Shown piece after piece: positions 34,277-44,700 of a stretch of 64,000 bases of DNA (its first letter is position 1; each line of letters opens with the position of its first letter). The stretch is taken from the IMG/VR virus record IMGVR_UViG_3300035633_000651, positions 45,678 to 109,677 of that record. The stretch is one strand, 5' to 3'. The stretch comes from a virus. A program made the position numbers and the translations under genes. The notes under the pieces are model-generated. The model was not told the DNA's origin. It was given only the letters and a program-made list of their open reading frames with translations, and made no database searches.

Positions 34277-35923
34277 TCAGGTGCTCCGGCCCACACGGCC
34301 GCCCACGTAGCGGTCCGAGATGGCGGTGATTCGAGGTCCTGTCGGCACGTTGAAGACGCGCGCCAGGGCCGGGTCGAGGAAGTAACGGAACGCCGACGGG
34401 ATCGTGTCCTTCGTCGTCTCGCAGCCTGTCAGACGCACGTCTACAGGTCCAGGCAAGTTTCGTGCCGGCGTGACTGCCAAAGCCTGGTCAGGGCTCACGA
34501 CTTCGATGTTCGTGAGCGGTTGGTCAGCGAAGACCACCACCGGGCGTCGCAGGTAGCGCGTCACGCGTGTGGCCACCTGCGAGGCGGACGTCGCGCTGTT
34601 GCGCGCTCGCAGCTCCACCTGGGCGTCGGTCGCGACCCAGGACGCCGTCGTGACCAAGGCGCCGCCCAGGAACACGAAGACGTTCTCGTCGACGCGCAGC
34701 AGCCGGATCTGGGGGGACCCTCCGGTGGTCGCGATGACCTGGTTGAAGAGCGTTTGCGCGTTTTCCCGGACGGTCAGGGTCACCTCGCCCGCGAGCACGC
34801 TGATGCGAAAGTCGGTGTCCGCCGAGACGTAGAGGGCCAGCTCGAAGGCCGACTGCACCAGCGGGTCTTCGACCAGTACCACCGCCTGCACCTCGACGTC
34901 GACGTCCGAGGCCACTTGCACCGTCCGCACGCCGGCCACCGAGCCCGCGGTCACGCCCGTGTTGAGTCGCAAGGCCTGCGAGGCTGCGACTTCGAGGACC
35001 TCACCTGAGCCACTGCTGAGGTCGGTCCAAAAGCCCGGGTCGAGGGTCGCGTCGGTGAAGTCCGGCGTGCATGTGGTCATGTCGAGCGCCGAGCCAAACA
35101 GCGTCACGTTCTCGCCGCCCGTCGTGACGCCCAGCGTCCGGCTGATACCGAAGTCCACGCTGCGTCGGATGCGCGGCGTGAAGACCTGCGTGGTCGCCGG
35201 GATGAACGGCGCGATGGGCGGACCCGCCACTACGGCTGAGGCCGGAACGGACGTGCTGGGCGTCCACGCTGGCGCCAGGATCGCTGTGACGAGGCCAGTC
35301 GGCGTCGGGACGACGGTCGAAGGTGTCCAGGCGGGTGCCGTGACGAACTGGGTCGGCAGGACGGTCGCCGAGAAGACCTGCGCCGTCGAAGAGATGACCG
35401 CTGGCTGAAGCAGGGACCCGATCGCAGGCGTGATGAGAAGCGTCGACGGCACCCAGGCGGGTGCGACCAGTGGTCCGGCAACGACCGCGGTCCCCGGAAC
35501 TGCGGTGCTCGGAACCCACGCGGGCGCCACGACAGGACCGGACAGGTTCGCTGTGGCGGGGACCGCCGTGCTGGGCGTCCACGTTGGAGCGATGATCGGA
35601 CCCGCCACTACAGCCGTTGCGGAGACTGCAGTGGTAGCGACCCAGGCAGGTGCAGTCAGGTCGCCGAGGCGGGAAATGTTCGCTGCGCCGGAGACGACGG
35701 TACTCGGGACCCACGCAGGCGCACTTAGCACACGCCCGACCACGGCCGTTGCAGGGACATTGGTGCCGGCAACCCACGCCGGAGCGACGAGCGTCTGGTC
35801 TTGGGCGACGGTCGCCGCGAAGATGGTCGTCGACGCCACCCAGACGGGTGCCGTTAGCGTCTGCCCCGCGCCGGAGATTTGGACCGTCCGAAGCTGGACG
35901 ATTTTTCCGACGAAGGTTGCCAT
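34277..35923 (-). CDS. Structural protein with about 11 APxW repeats and a split IPT/TIG-like domain
   Basis: Repeats of about 20 aa; GGENVTLFG...VVSPDQALAVTP...GPVDV...AFRY. Confidence 0.7.
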   Translation of the reverse strand: MATFVGKIVQLRTVQISGAGQTLTAPVWVASTTIFAATVAQDQTLVAPAWVAGTNVPATAVVGRVLSAPAWVPSTVVSGAANISRLGDLTAPAWVATTAVSATAVVAGPIIAPTWTPSTAVPATANLSGPVVAPAWVPSTAVPGTAVVAGPLVAPAWVPSTLLITPAIGSLLQPAVISSTAQVFSATVLPTQFVTAPAWTPSTVVPTPTGLVTAILAPAWTPSTSVPASAVVAGPPIAPFIPATTQVFTPRIRRSVDFGISRTLGVTTGGENVTLFGSALDMTTCTPDFTDATLDPGFWTDLSSGSGEVLEVAASQALRLNTGVTAGSVAGVRTVQVASDVDVEVQAVVLVEDPLVQSAFELALYVSADTDFRISVLAGEVTLTVRENAQTLFNQVIATTGGSPQIRLLRVDENVFVFLGGALVTTASWVATDAQVELRARNSATSASQVATRVTRYLRRPVVVFADQPLTNIEVVSPDQALAVTPARNLPGPVDVRLTGCETTKDTIPSAFRYFLDPALARVFNVPTGPRITAISDRYVGGRVGRST

Positions 35924-35926
35924 GGT

Positions 35927-36199
35927 CTAGTCGTTGTCTCCGTAGACGGCGCCGTTTCTGAAGCTGGACGTTTTCTCTACCGTGGTGCCGAGCGGGAAGA
36001 CGTCACTGTCTTGGGGGGCTACAAGGACACCACGTGCTGTGGCCTTCGGCGTGCGTTCAGCACTGTTTCCGGCGAACGTCGTGTCAGCTTCCTCTTGAAG
36101 AAAGCCAGTCGAGGTGACAGGTGTCCGAAGAACGATGTCCCCGGACAGGTACTCTTCACTGTAGTCGACTTCGACGATGTGGCCTACGAACGTCGCCAT
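35927..36199 (-). CDS. Small structural protein
   Basis: N-terminus MATFVG.IV shared with the downstream gene. Confidence 0.6.
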   Translation of the reverse strand: MATFVGHIVEVDYSEEYLSGDIVLRTPVTSTGFLQEEADTTFAGNSAERTPKATARGVLVAPQDSDVFPLGTTVEKTSSFRNGAVYGDND

Positions 36200-36202
36200 A
36201 GG

Positions 36203-37303
36203 TCACGCCGCAGGGTCGTAGAAGGAGAGAAGGCGACTGGAGTTGAGGAGCTGAGGAAAGGGGCGGTAGCCATCTCCCGAGTCGACGTCACGCATGATGT
36301 CGTTCGGGTCCGTCTGTCCGTTGACACCCCAATACACCACACAGTCCGACTCCCCACGCCATGAGCCCAACGTGACGGAGCCTGAGTCACGCATCTGCAT
36401 GCGTGAGCCTTGAAAGAAACCCGTGAACGCAGGGTCCTCTGCCGTCTCGCCGATCTCGTCGAAGAACTCGCCTTGCATAGACTGGTTGGCATTGGCCAGG
36501 CTGTTGCCGCTCGCGTCATGCGTGTTCGCATACGTGGGACCGCCGTTGCCGATAGATTCAGCACCGAAGCATGCGGGGTCCAGACCGACGATAGAGCCGC
36601 CCACGAAGCTCGTCGCGAGAGCGTCGAAGGTGATGCTGCTCGCGGTGACGGCCGTGACCTCTGGAAGCTCGATCCCGTCAGGCTCTAGCGCGGTGCCTGG
36701 GTCCGTCTGTCGCATGATGAACACGCGCTGCCCGACGACGATGTTGCTGCTGATGTCTCGGTCCAAGTTCACCGTGACCGAGCTGCCCGCGCTGGCCACA
36801 GCCGTCGTGAACGCGACGCCGTTCACCTGTGTGGGAATGTGCAGGCGTGCAGGGTTGACCCAAGCCGTGTAAGTCCAACTCGCGCCCTGGTTCACGACGA
36901 AGTGAAACTCGTACTCGTTGTAGCAGAAGAAATAGTTCAATTCTGTCGCGTTGAAGTTCTGCGTGTCGGTAAAGGGGTTTCGGGAGCCGGTCGAGGTGAG
37001 CGTGGCCCAGTCCTGGTACACGCCGTACCCAAGCTGCATAGCGCTGGTTCGCTGGATGCGAATGTACAGGCGCGTGTCTCCTGCACCGGAGGCGAGGGTG
37101 CGGTCTCCCCTCGATTGCCAAACCCGGTCTCGCGTCGCAAGCGCCGGGTCGATGTCGTCGAAGACCTGCCACGCATCGACTGCGTTGGTCTGATACGTGG
37201 CAAGCTGCGTTTCAAGGATTGGCAAGAACAGGTCGAGGGTGGCCTGAGCAGACACCTGTGCTGCAATCGTCCCGGTCGCGTAGGACGGCGTCCCGCGGGC
37301 CAT
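36203..37303 (-). CDS. Virion structural protein, paralogue B
   Basis: Start MARGTPSY; similar to 37303-38472. Confidence 0.75.
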   Translation of the reverse strand: MARGTPSYATGTIAAQVSAQATLDLFLPILETQLATYQTNAVDAWQVFDDIDPALATRDRVWQSRGDRTLASGAGDTRLYIRIQRTSAMQLGYGVYQDWATLTSTGSRNPFTDTQNFNATELNYFFCYNEYEFHFVVNQGASWTYTAWVNPARLHIPTQVNGVAFTTAVASAGSSVTVNLDRDISSNIVVGQRVFIMRQTDPGTALEPDGIELPEVTAVTASSITFDALATSFVGGSIVGLDPACFGAESIGNGGPTYANTHDASGNSLANANQSMQGEFFDEIGETAEDPAFTGFFQGSRMQMRDSGSVTLGSWRGESDCVVYWGVNGQTDPNDIMRDVDSGDGYRPFPQLLNSSRLLSFYDPAA

Positions 37304-38472
37304 TAGCTTGCTCCAGGACCGAGTGCAAGTGCTGGGCTGATGGACCCAGCAGCCCCGAAGAAGATCGACGGGAACACGATGTACTGGCTCGCCGTCTGGA
37401 AGTTGGCACGGAAGAAGTCGCCGTCCAGCAGGTCCCCTGGAAAGACGAAAGCGATCAGCTCCATCGTTCCGCGGTATCCTGTCTGTCCCGCCTGGTCTGC
37501 GTTCACGGCCACACGAGAGCCTTGCAGAAGTCCCGCGACGCTTGGGGCCGGCTGCAGAGGCGACACTGAGCCGAGGAACGACTCGTAGTCTGCCGTCTGG
37601 ACCGTCGACGAGCTGAAACCGCCGCTCACGTTGTTGGTGAAGTAGAGCGTCAGGTCGACGTTGCCGCCGGGTGTGAGGATCTCTTCTTCTGTGACGAACG
37701 ACGGACACGGGTCTAGTCCCACGATAGCCCCTGAGTCGAACGAGTTGCTGAGGTTCGTGAACGTGATGCTGGGCGTACCTCCACCGGTGATCGTCTGGAC
37801 TTCAGCTACTTCGACCGTCGGTGACCGAAGCGCCGACCCGGCCGGTGTCAGGTTGTAAATCCACACCTGCTGCGGACCGTTGGCGTCTCCCGAATCCAAG
37901 ATGTTCGCACTGATGTCTCGGTCCAAGTTCACTGTGACCGACGCACCTGCGGCAGCAGACGCTGTGGTAAAGGCGATGCCGTTGGCAGCGGTCGGAATAT
38001 GCGACCGAATCGGCGACCCGATGTGCAGGTAGTGGAAGGCGCCCGCCTGCTTCATCAAGAACACGAACTCGTACTCGTTGACGAGTCCCCAGTACTGATA
38101 CCCCGCGTTAGGGTCGATGTTCAGCCAGCGTGACGACGTCGACCCAGCCTGTCGCGAGCCGTTGTTGGCGGTCGTCGACCAGTCCTGCCACATCGAAAAG
38201 GCGATATCGTCGACCGAGTCCTGCTCGATCTGAAAGAAGAGCGCGGCGTCGCCAGCGCCAGCGACCAGACTGCGGTCGCCCACCGAGCGGTACACGTAGT
38301 CTTCGTTCGGTGGCGTGCCGTTGAGAGTGTCGTACAACTCCCACGCATTGGTGCCGTTGGACAGGTAGCTGTTCAGCTCTGTCCGAATGTCCGTGATGAC
38401 GTTCCGGGTCTGCGTGTCGTCGCCGACCGAGAGCCGAGAGCCGGTGAAGTAGTCCGGCGTACCGCGTGCCAT
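37303..38472 (-). CDS. Virion structural protein, paralogue A
   Basis: MARGTPDY; shares S.GDR.L..GAGD, NEYEF, NG.AFTTA, SVTVNLDRDIS, IVGLDP, QGSR with paralogue B. Confidence 0.75.
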   Translation of the reverse strand: MARGTPDYFTGSRLSVGDDTQTRNVITDIRTELNSYLSNGTNAWELYDTLNGTPPNEDYVYRSVGDRSLVAGAGDAALFFQIEQDSVDDIAFSMWQDWSTTANNGSRQAGSTSSRWLNIDPNAGYQYWGLVNEYEFVFLMKQAGAFHYLHIGSPIRSHIPTAANGIAFTTASAAAGASVTVNLDRDISANILDSGDANGPQQVWIYNLTPAGSALRSPTVEVAEVQTITGGGTPSITFTNLSNSFDSGAIVGLDPCPSFVTEEEILTPGGNVDLTLYFTNNVSGGFSSSTVQTADYESFLGSVSPLQPAPSVAGLLQGSRVAVNADQAGQTGYRGTMELIAFVFPGDLLDGDFFRANFQTASQYIVFPSIFFGAAGSISPALALGPGAS

Positions 38473-38484
38473 GAGCGTTCCTCC

Positions 38485-38913
38485 TTACAGCGCGAAGATG
38501 CCCGAGGCGTCCCAGGCGATGGTGATGTCACCGCCGTTCGGCGTGACAGGCAGACCGGTCATGGTGTCCCAGTAGACGATGAGCGGGCTGGTCGTCTCGG
38601 TGCCGGTCGCCTTGAAGAGCACGACCTGCGTGACCTGCGAACCGGACACGGCGGAGAACGTCACGTCGGCGGCGTCGAAGGCGCCAGCCGCCGACACGCT
38701 GAGGGACGCTAGGTTGCCCGATGTGGCGACGCGGTTTCCACCTGCGATGACCGGGTCGAGGAATCCGCCCGCCTGCGCGAAGGTGTAGCCGGCCGTCACA
38801 AGGACGACCTGGAAGTTGTCGGACGCCATGTCGATGGCATCGCCCGAAGTGGGGCCGAGGGTTCCCGGCGAAAGGAAGCGGAACTTGCCGCTGTCGTAAA
38901 GCACGTTGGCCAT
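38485..38913 (-). CDS. Minor tail / fibre-associated protein
   Basis: FDAADVTF...PLIVYWD...PVTPNGGDITIAW...GIFAL. Confidence 0.75.
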   Translation of the reverse strand: MANVLYDSGKFRFLSPGTLGPTSGDAIDMASDNFQVVLVTAGYTFAQAGGFLDPVIAGGNRVATSGNLASLSVSAAGAFDAADVTFSAVSGSQVTQVVLFKATGTETTSPLIVYWDTMTGLPVTPNGGDITIAWDASGIFAL

Positions 38914-38916
38914 GAG

Positions 38917-39870
38917 TTAACTCCTGTCCCGGACCACCGGGTCTTGATAGGTGCGCAAGGTACGGACGATTTCGTTGCCGACGGTCCGAGGCGCCGGAAG
39001 GATGTACTGGAAGGTGTCGGTCGAACTCACGGTGCCGAACAGTCCGAAGACTGACACGGTCGCGAATCCGACCTCCTCAATCGTCGCGCGGGGCACGAGC
39101 CCCACGACCTGACGATTGGTGGGGACGGTCTTCTCATCGAGAAGCCGCCCGTTGATCGAGGCGTGACTTCGAACCGTGAAGTTGCGAAACACCGCCGAGG
39201 TCGTACGCTGGCTTGACTCTGCCCTCGATGCCAGTCGCAGCGGGCCGGTGCTTGTGCCGAGTGCCGGAGCGGGGGCGTCGAGAATCTTGGTCAGGGTCAC
39301 GTAGCTGTCCGCCCCTGCACCTCGCGTGCCAACGAAACCATACACCCGATCCTGGTTCCTGACCAGTCGGAGTGTTTGGATCCCTGCAGGCACCGCCGCG
39401 ACGCCTGCGGCAGGGTCGCCCGCGAAGGCCTCCCCGATGGCGAGCAGTTGGGAGGGGTCCGAGAATGCGCCCCGAACGAGACAGACACGGGCAGTGCCTC
39501 CGCCTGCCGGGTGCTCCAGGCAGCCGATGAGAGCGTCGCTGGGCGGCCCGTCAGGCGGGCTAAGCGGCTCGATGTCGACGGCCGCGTCGAAGTTCACGTA
39601 GTCCGCGTCGGCAGTCGTGAGCAGTGCGGGCGCGCTCGCCGTGCCACGGAGGAGCGCGCCTCGCCGAAGGGCCGGAAAGTCCACGAGCCCCGAGGTGGAC
39701 CACCCCGCCGGGAGCGATGTCAGGAGCGCGTCCCGTGTCGTGTCCAAGACGTCGCTCGACGCGACCACGAGCAGCGCCCCGCCGCGGAAGGTGTCCTGTC
39801 CGGGAAGGACGTTGACCCCCGTCGGCGCGACGAAGGTCGTGAAGTCTGAGAGCCAGGCATCAGCCATCAT
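38917..39870 (-). CDS. Structural protein with a split IPT-like domain and lectin-like insert
   Basis: Architecture resembles the C-terminal half of 34277-35923. Confidence 0.6.
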   Translation of the reverse strand: MMADAWLSDFTTFVAPTGVNVLPGQDTFRGGALLVVASSDVLDTTRDALLTSLPAGWSTSGLVDFPALRRGALLRGTASAPALLTTADADYVNFDAAVDIEPLSPPDGPPSDALIGCLEHPAGGGTARVCLVRGAFSDPSQLLAIGEAFAGDPAAGVAAVPAGIQTLRLVRNQDRVYGFVGTRGAGADSYVTLTKILDAPAPALGTSTGPLRLASRAESSQRTTSAVFRNFTVRSHASINGRLLDEKTVPTNRQVVGLVPRATIEEVGFATVSVFGLFGTVSSTDTFQYILPAPRTVGNEIVRTLRTYQDPVVRDRS

Positions 39871-40457
39871 GCTCTCCGCTGCAGGACCTGCACGTTCTGC
39901 CGTGCGCCCTGCGGGTCGTCGAAATTGGCTTCCACAGCCTGCACCTGAGCGGCTGGAGGATCAACGAACTGCTCGTCGCCCCAGGTGAGGCCGAGGTCTG
40001 TGCTCACGCGAAAGGCATTGGCACCTGCTCCGGTGACGTATGTGATGATGACCTCGTTCGGTCGGTCCACCGTCCGCGCATCGAGCAGGAACGGGTCGAG
40101 CGCGGCGAACGGCAAAACGGAGAGCGGGCCCACCGTGTTCGCGGTAATGTTGTAGTCGACTATGTTGGTGATCGGGCTGACAGGGTCGACCAGACGGTCG
40201 TTCCAGTAGAAGCGAACCGTGTCGTTGGTCAGAACGAGCGCGGCCGTGCGGCTGAAGATTTGGTTGAGCACGTTCACACGCGTCGGCGTAGGCGTGCCCG
40301 AGATGACCTCGGCCGCGGTGAAGACCTCCAGCTCCCTGCGGTTCGAGCCGGTGTGTGCCTTCACGACGAGGACGAAGTCGGTCCCGTTCACGTTGAACGC
40401 GACCACCTCCTCGACGGGCGCCACCGCGCTCACGACCTGTGGAGCTGAGAAGACCAT
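39867..40457 (-). CDS. Structural protein with a BNR/Asp-box motif
   Basis: VSTDLGLTW. Confidence 0.6.
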   Translation of the reverse strand: MVFSAPQVVSAVAPVEEVVAFNVNGTDFVLVVKAHTGSNRRELEVFTAAEVISGTPTPTRVNVLNQIFSRTAALVLTNDTVRFYWNDRLVDPVSPITNIVDYNITANTVGPLSVLPFAALDPFLLDARTVDRPNEVIITYVTGAGANAFRVSTDLGLTWGDEQFVDPPAAQVQAVEANFDDPQGARQNVQVLQRRA

Positions 40458-43400
40458 CAGACGGCCCGCTGCACCTTCACGTAACGCTCGACGCGGAACG
40501 TCCGCGCGTTCGAGACATCTTCGTCGTTGTAGTAGATGAACCCGCGGATGGGGCAGATGAACACTTCGTTCTGTCCGGACACGCCAGTGGGCGGGAAGCG
40601 ACTCACGTTCTCACCGCCGCCCGCGTTGTCTCGTGGACGCACGTCAGCATTTCGCACGACCTCCCAGTCCGAGGCGCTGAAGGCAGCTGCGTCCGTCGTG
40701 AACGTCAGCTGCGTGTTCGAGTCACGGGAGTCAACGACCAGTTCCTGCACGATCGCACCTGAGCTGAGGACACGGAAGAAGTCTCCCTGTCCGATGTCGG
40801 TCGCGAATGTGTCGGCAGTCAGCGTAACCTGGTTGTTGGACGGGCCACGTGCAGCCGACCCTGTGCCCGTGTCCTGCACGAAGACAGCACGGATCACGAA
40901 GTTGGCCAGCCAGTTTGAGTCGGGGGCCGTGTTCAAGTACTGGGCTTGTGTGAAGCCTGCGGGGTTTCCGGACCCGTTCAGTGCGTAGAGTGGACCTGCT
41001 TGGTAGCCGTTGAACGAGGTGCCTGTGCCCGTGCGACGCCGATACACGACCTTCCAATAGCGCGCGGCAGAGTTCGTCCCGAAGATGCCCGTGTTCTCCA
41101 GCACCCCGAGGTCGAAGATGATGATGAAGGGGCTTGTGGTGGTCACGTCACCCGTATTCTCGCGGAAGGCGTCCGTCCGATAGATGAGCCCTGGCGCGTC
41201 AGAGCCGCGCTCGAACGAGCCGCGGAGCGTCCAGCTCGCAGGGCCAGCAGCGGCTGTCGCTGAGTAGAGGTCATACACCCAGTCGTTGCCGTCATTGTTG
41301 GCGTCGCTGTCCTGCATGAGTCGAAGCTGACTCACGACGGTGTCGGCGCCCAAGTCGAGCGCTTGCTGAGAGCCGACCGTGTCGGAGTAGGACGTACTCG
41401 TCAGGTTGATATTCAGCGTATTGTTGTTGCCGTCCAGGAGGAACTGAGACTGCGGAAACACCAGCTGTCGCGACTGCTCGGCCGTCACGCCTGTGAATGG
41501 ATTGTCGGTCGTGACCGACGCCAGCGAGGCAGACTGGATGAATCCGCCCGTGGCGGTGCCGTAGGCTGCGGTCTTGTTCTGCGAACCCTCCGCGTCATCC
41601 GGGCGCGCGACCAGGTCCGTCTCCGCCCAGTACAGGTCGAAGAAGTACGAAAGCTCCTGTGTGGGGTCCTTCAATAGACCCTCAGACACCCCGAACGTGT
41701 AGTACTCGGAGGCGACAAACTCGTCTCCGCCGATGCCTGAGTTCGCGAACGTGACCGTCACACCTGAGTCCAGCTCAACCGCCGACGTGGACATGGTGGC
41801 GTTTCCGAGCTGCGACTGCTCGATGTAGGCGCGTCGACGCGGGTACCAGTTGGCACCGTTTCGGTTGTACGTGATAGAGAAGGGGCTGTACTGAGCAAAT
41901 TCGACCCCACTCGCCGCTCGGTAGGGTGCAATGTGACCAAGACCCGACTCGTCCTCTGGTGGCCACCAGCGACACGCGTTGAGTTCGTCGGCGTCGGGGA
42001 TGGACCCGTTGGTCGCGACAAGTGTGCTGCGAGGGTCGAGAAAGTCCCCTTCCAACGTCCAGCTGAAGGCGACGGTCTCAGACACACCGGACGGGTTCTC
42101 GATCGTGATGCTCGTGCCAGAAGCTACGGACACGACACGGAAGACACCGTTGTTGGCTGCGTTCGCTGCGCCCGAGATCAGGATGAGGCGGTTCACCCAC
42201 CGAGAATCGAAGCTGGAGCCGCCTGCCAACGTGAGGTCCTGGTTGTTGCCCACAGGCGCGGCGAAGCTTGCGCCGGTACCGTTGTTGGTGCTCGTCTGTC
42301 GGTCGCCGAGTGACGGCAAGAGCGCTGCGTTGGTCTGAGAGAAGGACGTCAGGACCAACTGTCCATCCGGTGCAACCTGAGGCACAAGAGCACGGCTCGT
42401 GGTTGTGAGAGCCGCTTCATCCGAGTAGTAGCCCGCTCCAGGGTTGTTGGTTCCCCAGTCTGCCGCTTCGAAGATGCGCAAGATGGCATTGGTGGTGACA
42501 CTCGTTGACCCGATTCCGGTGATGTGGATCAGGTCGTCGTTCGGGTCGTTTGCTGTGGCGCGGTGGATCACGAGTCCTGAGCAGACGTGCACGGCCGTTC
42601 CGGTCACGTTATTCCCGAGCTGGATGAAGCCCGTCGCCCCGACCTCTGCCGAGCCGTCGAGCGAGTAGAAGGTGTGCGCGGAAGCGTCGCCGATGAGTCG
42701 GTTGAGCCGGTTGATGCCAGCCGTGAAGTTGCCTGCGCCTTGGCTGGATGCCCAATAGACGTTACCTGAGGAGTCGTGGTCAATGAGAGGCTGCTGTGCG
42801 TTCCGGGAGGAGCCGCTTGCGCCGGCGTTGTCCCAGTCCACGCCACCCAGACCTCGAAGGCTGTCCACGTCGACGGTGTTGAAGTCGGCGCCCGCGTTGG
42901 CGACCGTGTTCCACGCTGCGATGGCTCCGGTCGAGGTGTTCATGTCACCGTACGACAGGCCGTTTCGGTGAAGAACCCAGACGCGGTCGAAGCCGGCCGC
43001 TGCGAAGCTCTCTGTGCGGTCGATGGTGATGCCGACGATGTCGTTTGAGCGAAGACCTGCTACCGTGTAGATGCCGGTCGCTGTCGTGCCGTGCACATTG
43101 GTCACGGCGTCTGTGTTCGCGTTGACCTGGATCAGCGCACCCGTCTCCGCGGTGCCGTTTCCGTCGTCCGAGAGTCCGTCTGCTGCGATGAAGAGGAACC
43201 CGCCGCGTGCAGCTTTGATGTCTCGGTACTGCACGTTGGTGGGTAGCGTTGGGTACCCGCTCACTGGCGTCGAGCCGAAGCCGTCGGCTGCGTCCTCACG
43301 CTGCGGCATGAGCGGCGCAAAGCGGTACCACGACCACAGTGCGCGGGAGCGGGAAGCGGTGGCGTTGTTGTTTTCGACGTCGTCGACGTAGACCCACCAG

Positions 43401-44224
43401 TAACGGCTGATGCCGTCCCAGGCCTGCCCTGCGCAGAGGGAAGTCTCGATGTTCTCCCGCGCCGCCTGGGTCGGAAAGTCCAACTGGTAAGCTTGTGCAG
43501 CCGGCGTCGGCGCAGCCGTGTTCGCGATGAGGGGGCTCAGGTCGAACGTGACGCGTGCGTTTTGTCCGTCGTAGAAGCGGTCGCCGAGGATCTCGCCCGC
43601 CGTGAATTCGGCGTCCTGGAGCGAAGACCCTGGCAAGTACGCGCCAATGCGATACGGAAGTCGCTGGTAGAAGTAGGTTCCCGCGGTCGCGTTGCCTGTT
43701 CCAGTGACGCGAACGAAGTAGATGTAATGCCCCTCCATGCCCGCTGCCTGAGCGAGCGTGCCGCCAGGCGTGACCTCGCCGACGCCCGTCGGGACGATGG
43801 CCGTCTCGTTGAAAAGCGCCTCACGCCCCGCGGGGTGTCCGAAGACGTTGCCGATCTGGTTCAGCTGAATGTCGACCTCGGTCACGACCCCGACAGGCGT
43901 CACGCCCGAAGGCAGGCCGGTGTAGATCCGGCCCAGCGCGAAAGCAATCTGTCCCGGAGGCGCAGGGGCAAGGTCAGAAATCTGTGCAAAACGGCGAATA
44001 CGGCGACGCTCAGGAGACTGCGCGTCGCCGTCCGACGCGCTTGCAACGTCGGGCACAGCGCGCGTGCTTGGAGCCGCAGGTGCGTTCCCGAGGAACAAAT
44101 GGTCACGTCGAGCGTTGGGCGACGGCTGGTTGGTCACGATCGTCTGCCGAATGAGTCGATTTGACTCGAAGACATTCAGACGGTTCCCTTTGTGCAGGTC
44201 GCCGAGCTTCAGAAAACTTCTCAT
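40457..44224 (-). CDS. Large virion protein with propeller-like and discoidin/CBM-like segments, candidate receptor-binding protein
   Basis: 1255 aa; ALDLG...SQLRL...ARYWKV. Confidence 0.65.
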   Translation of the reverse strand: MRSFLKLGDLHKGNRLNVFESNRLIRQTIVTNQPSPNARRDHLFLGNAPAAPSTRAVPDVASASDGDAQSPERRRIRRFAQISDLAPAPPGQIAFALGRIYTGLPSGVTPVGVVTEVDIQLNQIGNVFGHPAGREALFNETAIVPTGVGEVTPGGTLAQAAGMEGHYIYFVRVTGTGNATAGTYFYQRLPYRIGAYLPGSSLQDAEFTAGEILGDRFYDGQNARVTFDLSPLIANTAAPTPAAQAYQLDFPTQAARENIETSLCAGQAWDGISRYWWVYVDDVENNNATASRSRALWSWYRFAPLMPQREDAADGFGSTPVSGYPTLPTNVQYRDIKAARGGFLFIAADGLSDDGNGTAETGALIQVNANTDAVTNVHGTTATGIYTVAGLRSNDIVGITIDRTESFAAAGFDRVWVLHRNGLSYGDMNTSTGAIAAWNTVANAGADFNTVDVDSLRGLGGVDWDNAGASGSSRNAQQPLIDHDSSGNVYWASSQGAGNFTAGINRLNRLIGDASAHTFYSLDGSAEVGATGFIQLGNNVTGTAVHVCSGLVIHRATANDPNDDLIHITGIGSTSVTTNAILRIFEAADWGTNNPGAGYYSDEAALTTTSRALVPQVAPDGQLVLTSFSQTNAALLPSLGDRQTSTNNGTGASFAAPVGNNQDLTLAGGSSFDSRWVNRLILISGAANAANNGVFRVVSVASGTSITIENPSGVSETVAFSWTLEGDFLDPRSTLVATNGSIPDADELNACRWWPPEDESGLGHIAPYRAASGVEFAQYSPFSITYNRNGANWYPRRRAYIEQSQLGNATMSTSAVELDSGVTVTFANSGIGGDEFVASEYYTFGVSEGLLKDPTQELSYFFDLYWAETDLVARPDDAEGSQNKTAAYGTATGGFIQSASLASVTTDNPFTGVTAEQSRQLVFPQSQFLLDGNNNTLNINLTSTSYSDTVGSQQALDLGADTVVSQLRLMQDSDANNDGNDWVYDLYSATAAAGPASWTLRGSFERGSDAPGLIYRTDAFRENTGDVTTTSPFIIIFDLGVLENTGIFGTNSAARYWKVVYRRRTGTGTSFNGYQAGPLYALNGSGNPAGFTQAQYLNTAPDSNWLANFVIRAVFVQDTGTGSAARGPSNNQVTLTADTFATDIGQGDFFRVLSSGAIVQELVVDSRDSNTQLTFTTDAAAFSASDWEVVRNADVRPRDNAGGGENVSRFPPTGVSGQNEVFICPIRGFIYYNDEDVSNARTFRVERYVKVQRAV

Positions 44225-44700
44225 GATTGCAGGCTGAACGTGATTCGGTACTGCACGTCCGCAGTCTGTGAGGTGCCCTGAGTCACCGTCGTGGTGAGTG
44301 TCGTGTACGCAATGATGCCTGTGAGCTGTTCCTCGTTGGCACTCACTGCGGTGACTTGTGTCAGCCCCACGATGTTGATGTCGCGCGCGACCGCAGGCGC
44401 CGGAAACTGGACAGTGTACTCCGCGATGGCCGTCGTCGCGTTGAGGTCAATGGTGTCAGGTGTGCGAACCTGACTTGGACTTTGGTTGGCATAGACGCCC
44501 GGAAGCATCGTGCGGAGGGCGTTTCCTGGCGCCGTGTGGTCGTGGATGAAGATGTCGGGGACGGACCCGAGGTTGCCGCCCTCCGTGAAGATGAGGAGCA
44601 CAGAGTCCGTGACGATGTTCTTGCTCCAGCCGGTGTCGTGGACGAACTGTCCGCTGCGCGCCTCACGCAGGACGATGCGCGCCTCTCCTTCGAGTTTCAT
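44221..44700 (-). CDS. Tail fibre-attachment-like protein
   Basis: KNIVTD...INIVGL...VQYRITF. Confidence 0.6.
   Translation of the reverse strand: MKLEGEARIVLREARSGQFVHDTGWSKNIVTDSVLLIFTEGGNLGSVPDIFIHDHTAPGNALRTMLPGVYANQSPSQVRTPDTIDLNATTAIAEYTVQFPAPAVARDINIVGLTQVTAVSANEEQLTGIIAYTTLTTTVTQGTSQTADVQYRITFSLQS

Noticed and set aside
28904-44224. Diversity-generating retroelement or invertible fibre cassette
   Set aside because: No reverse transcriptase, recombinase or near-identical TR/VR pair seen.
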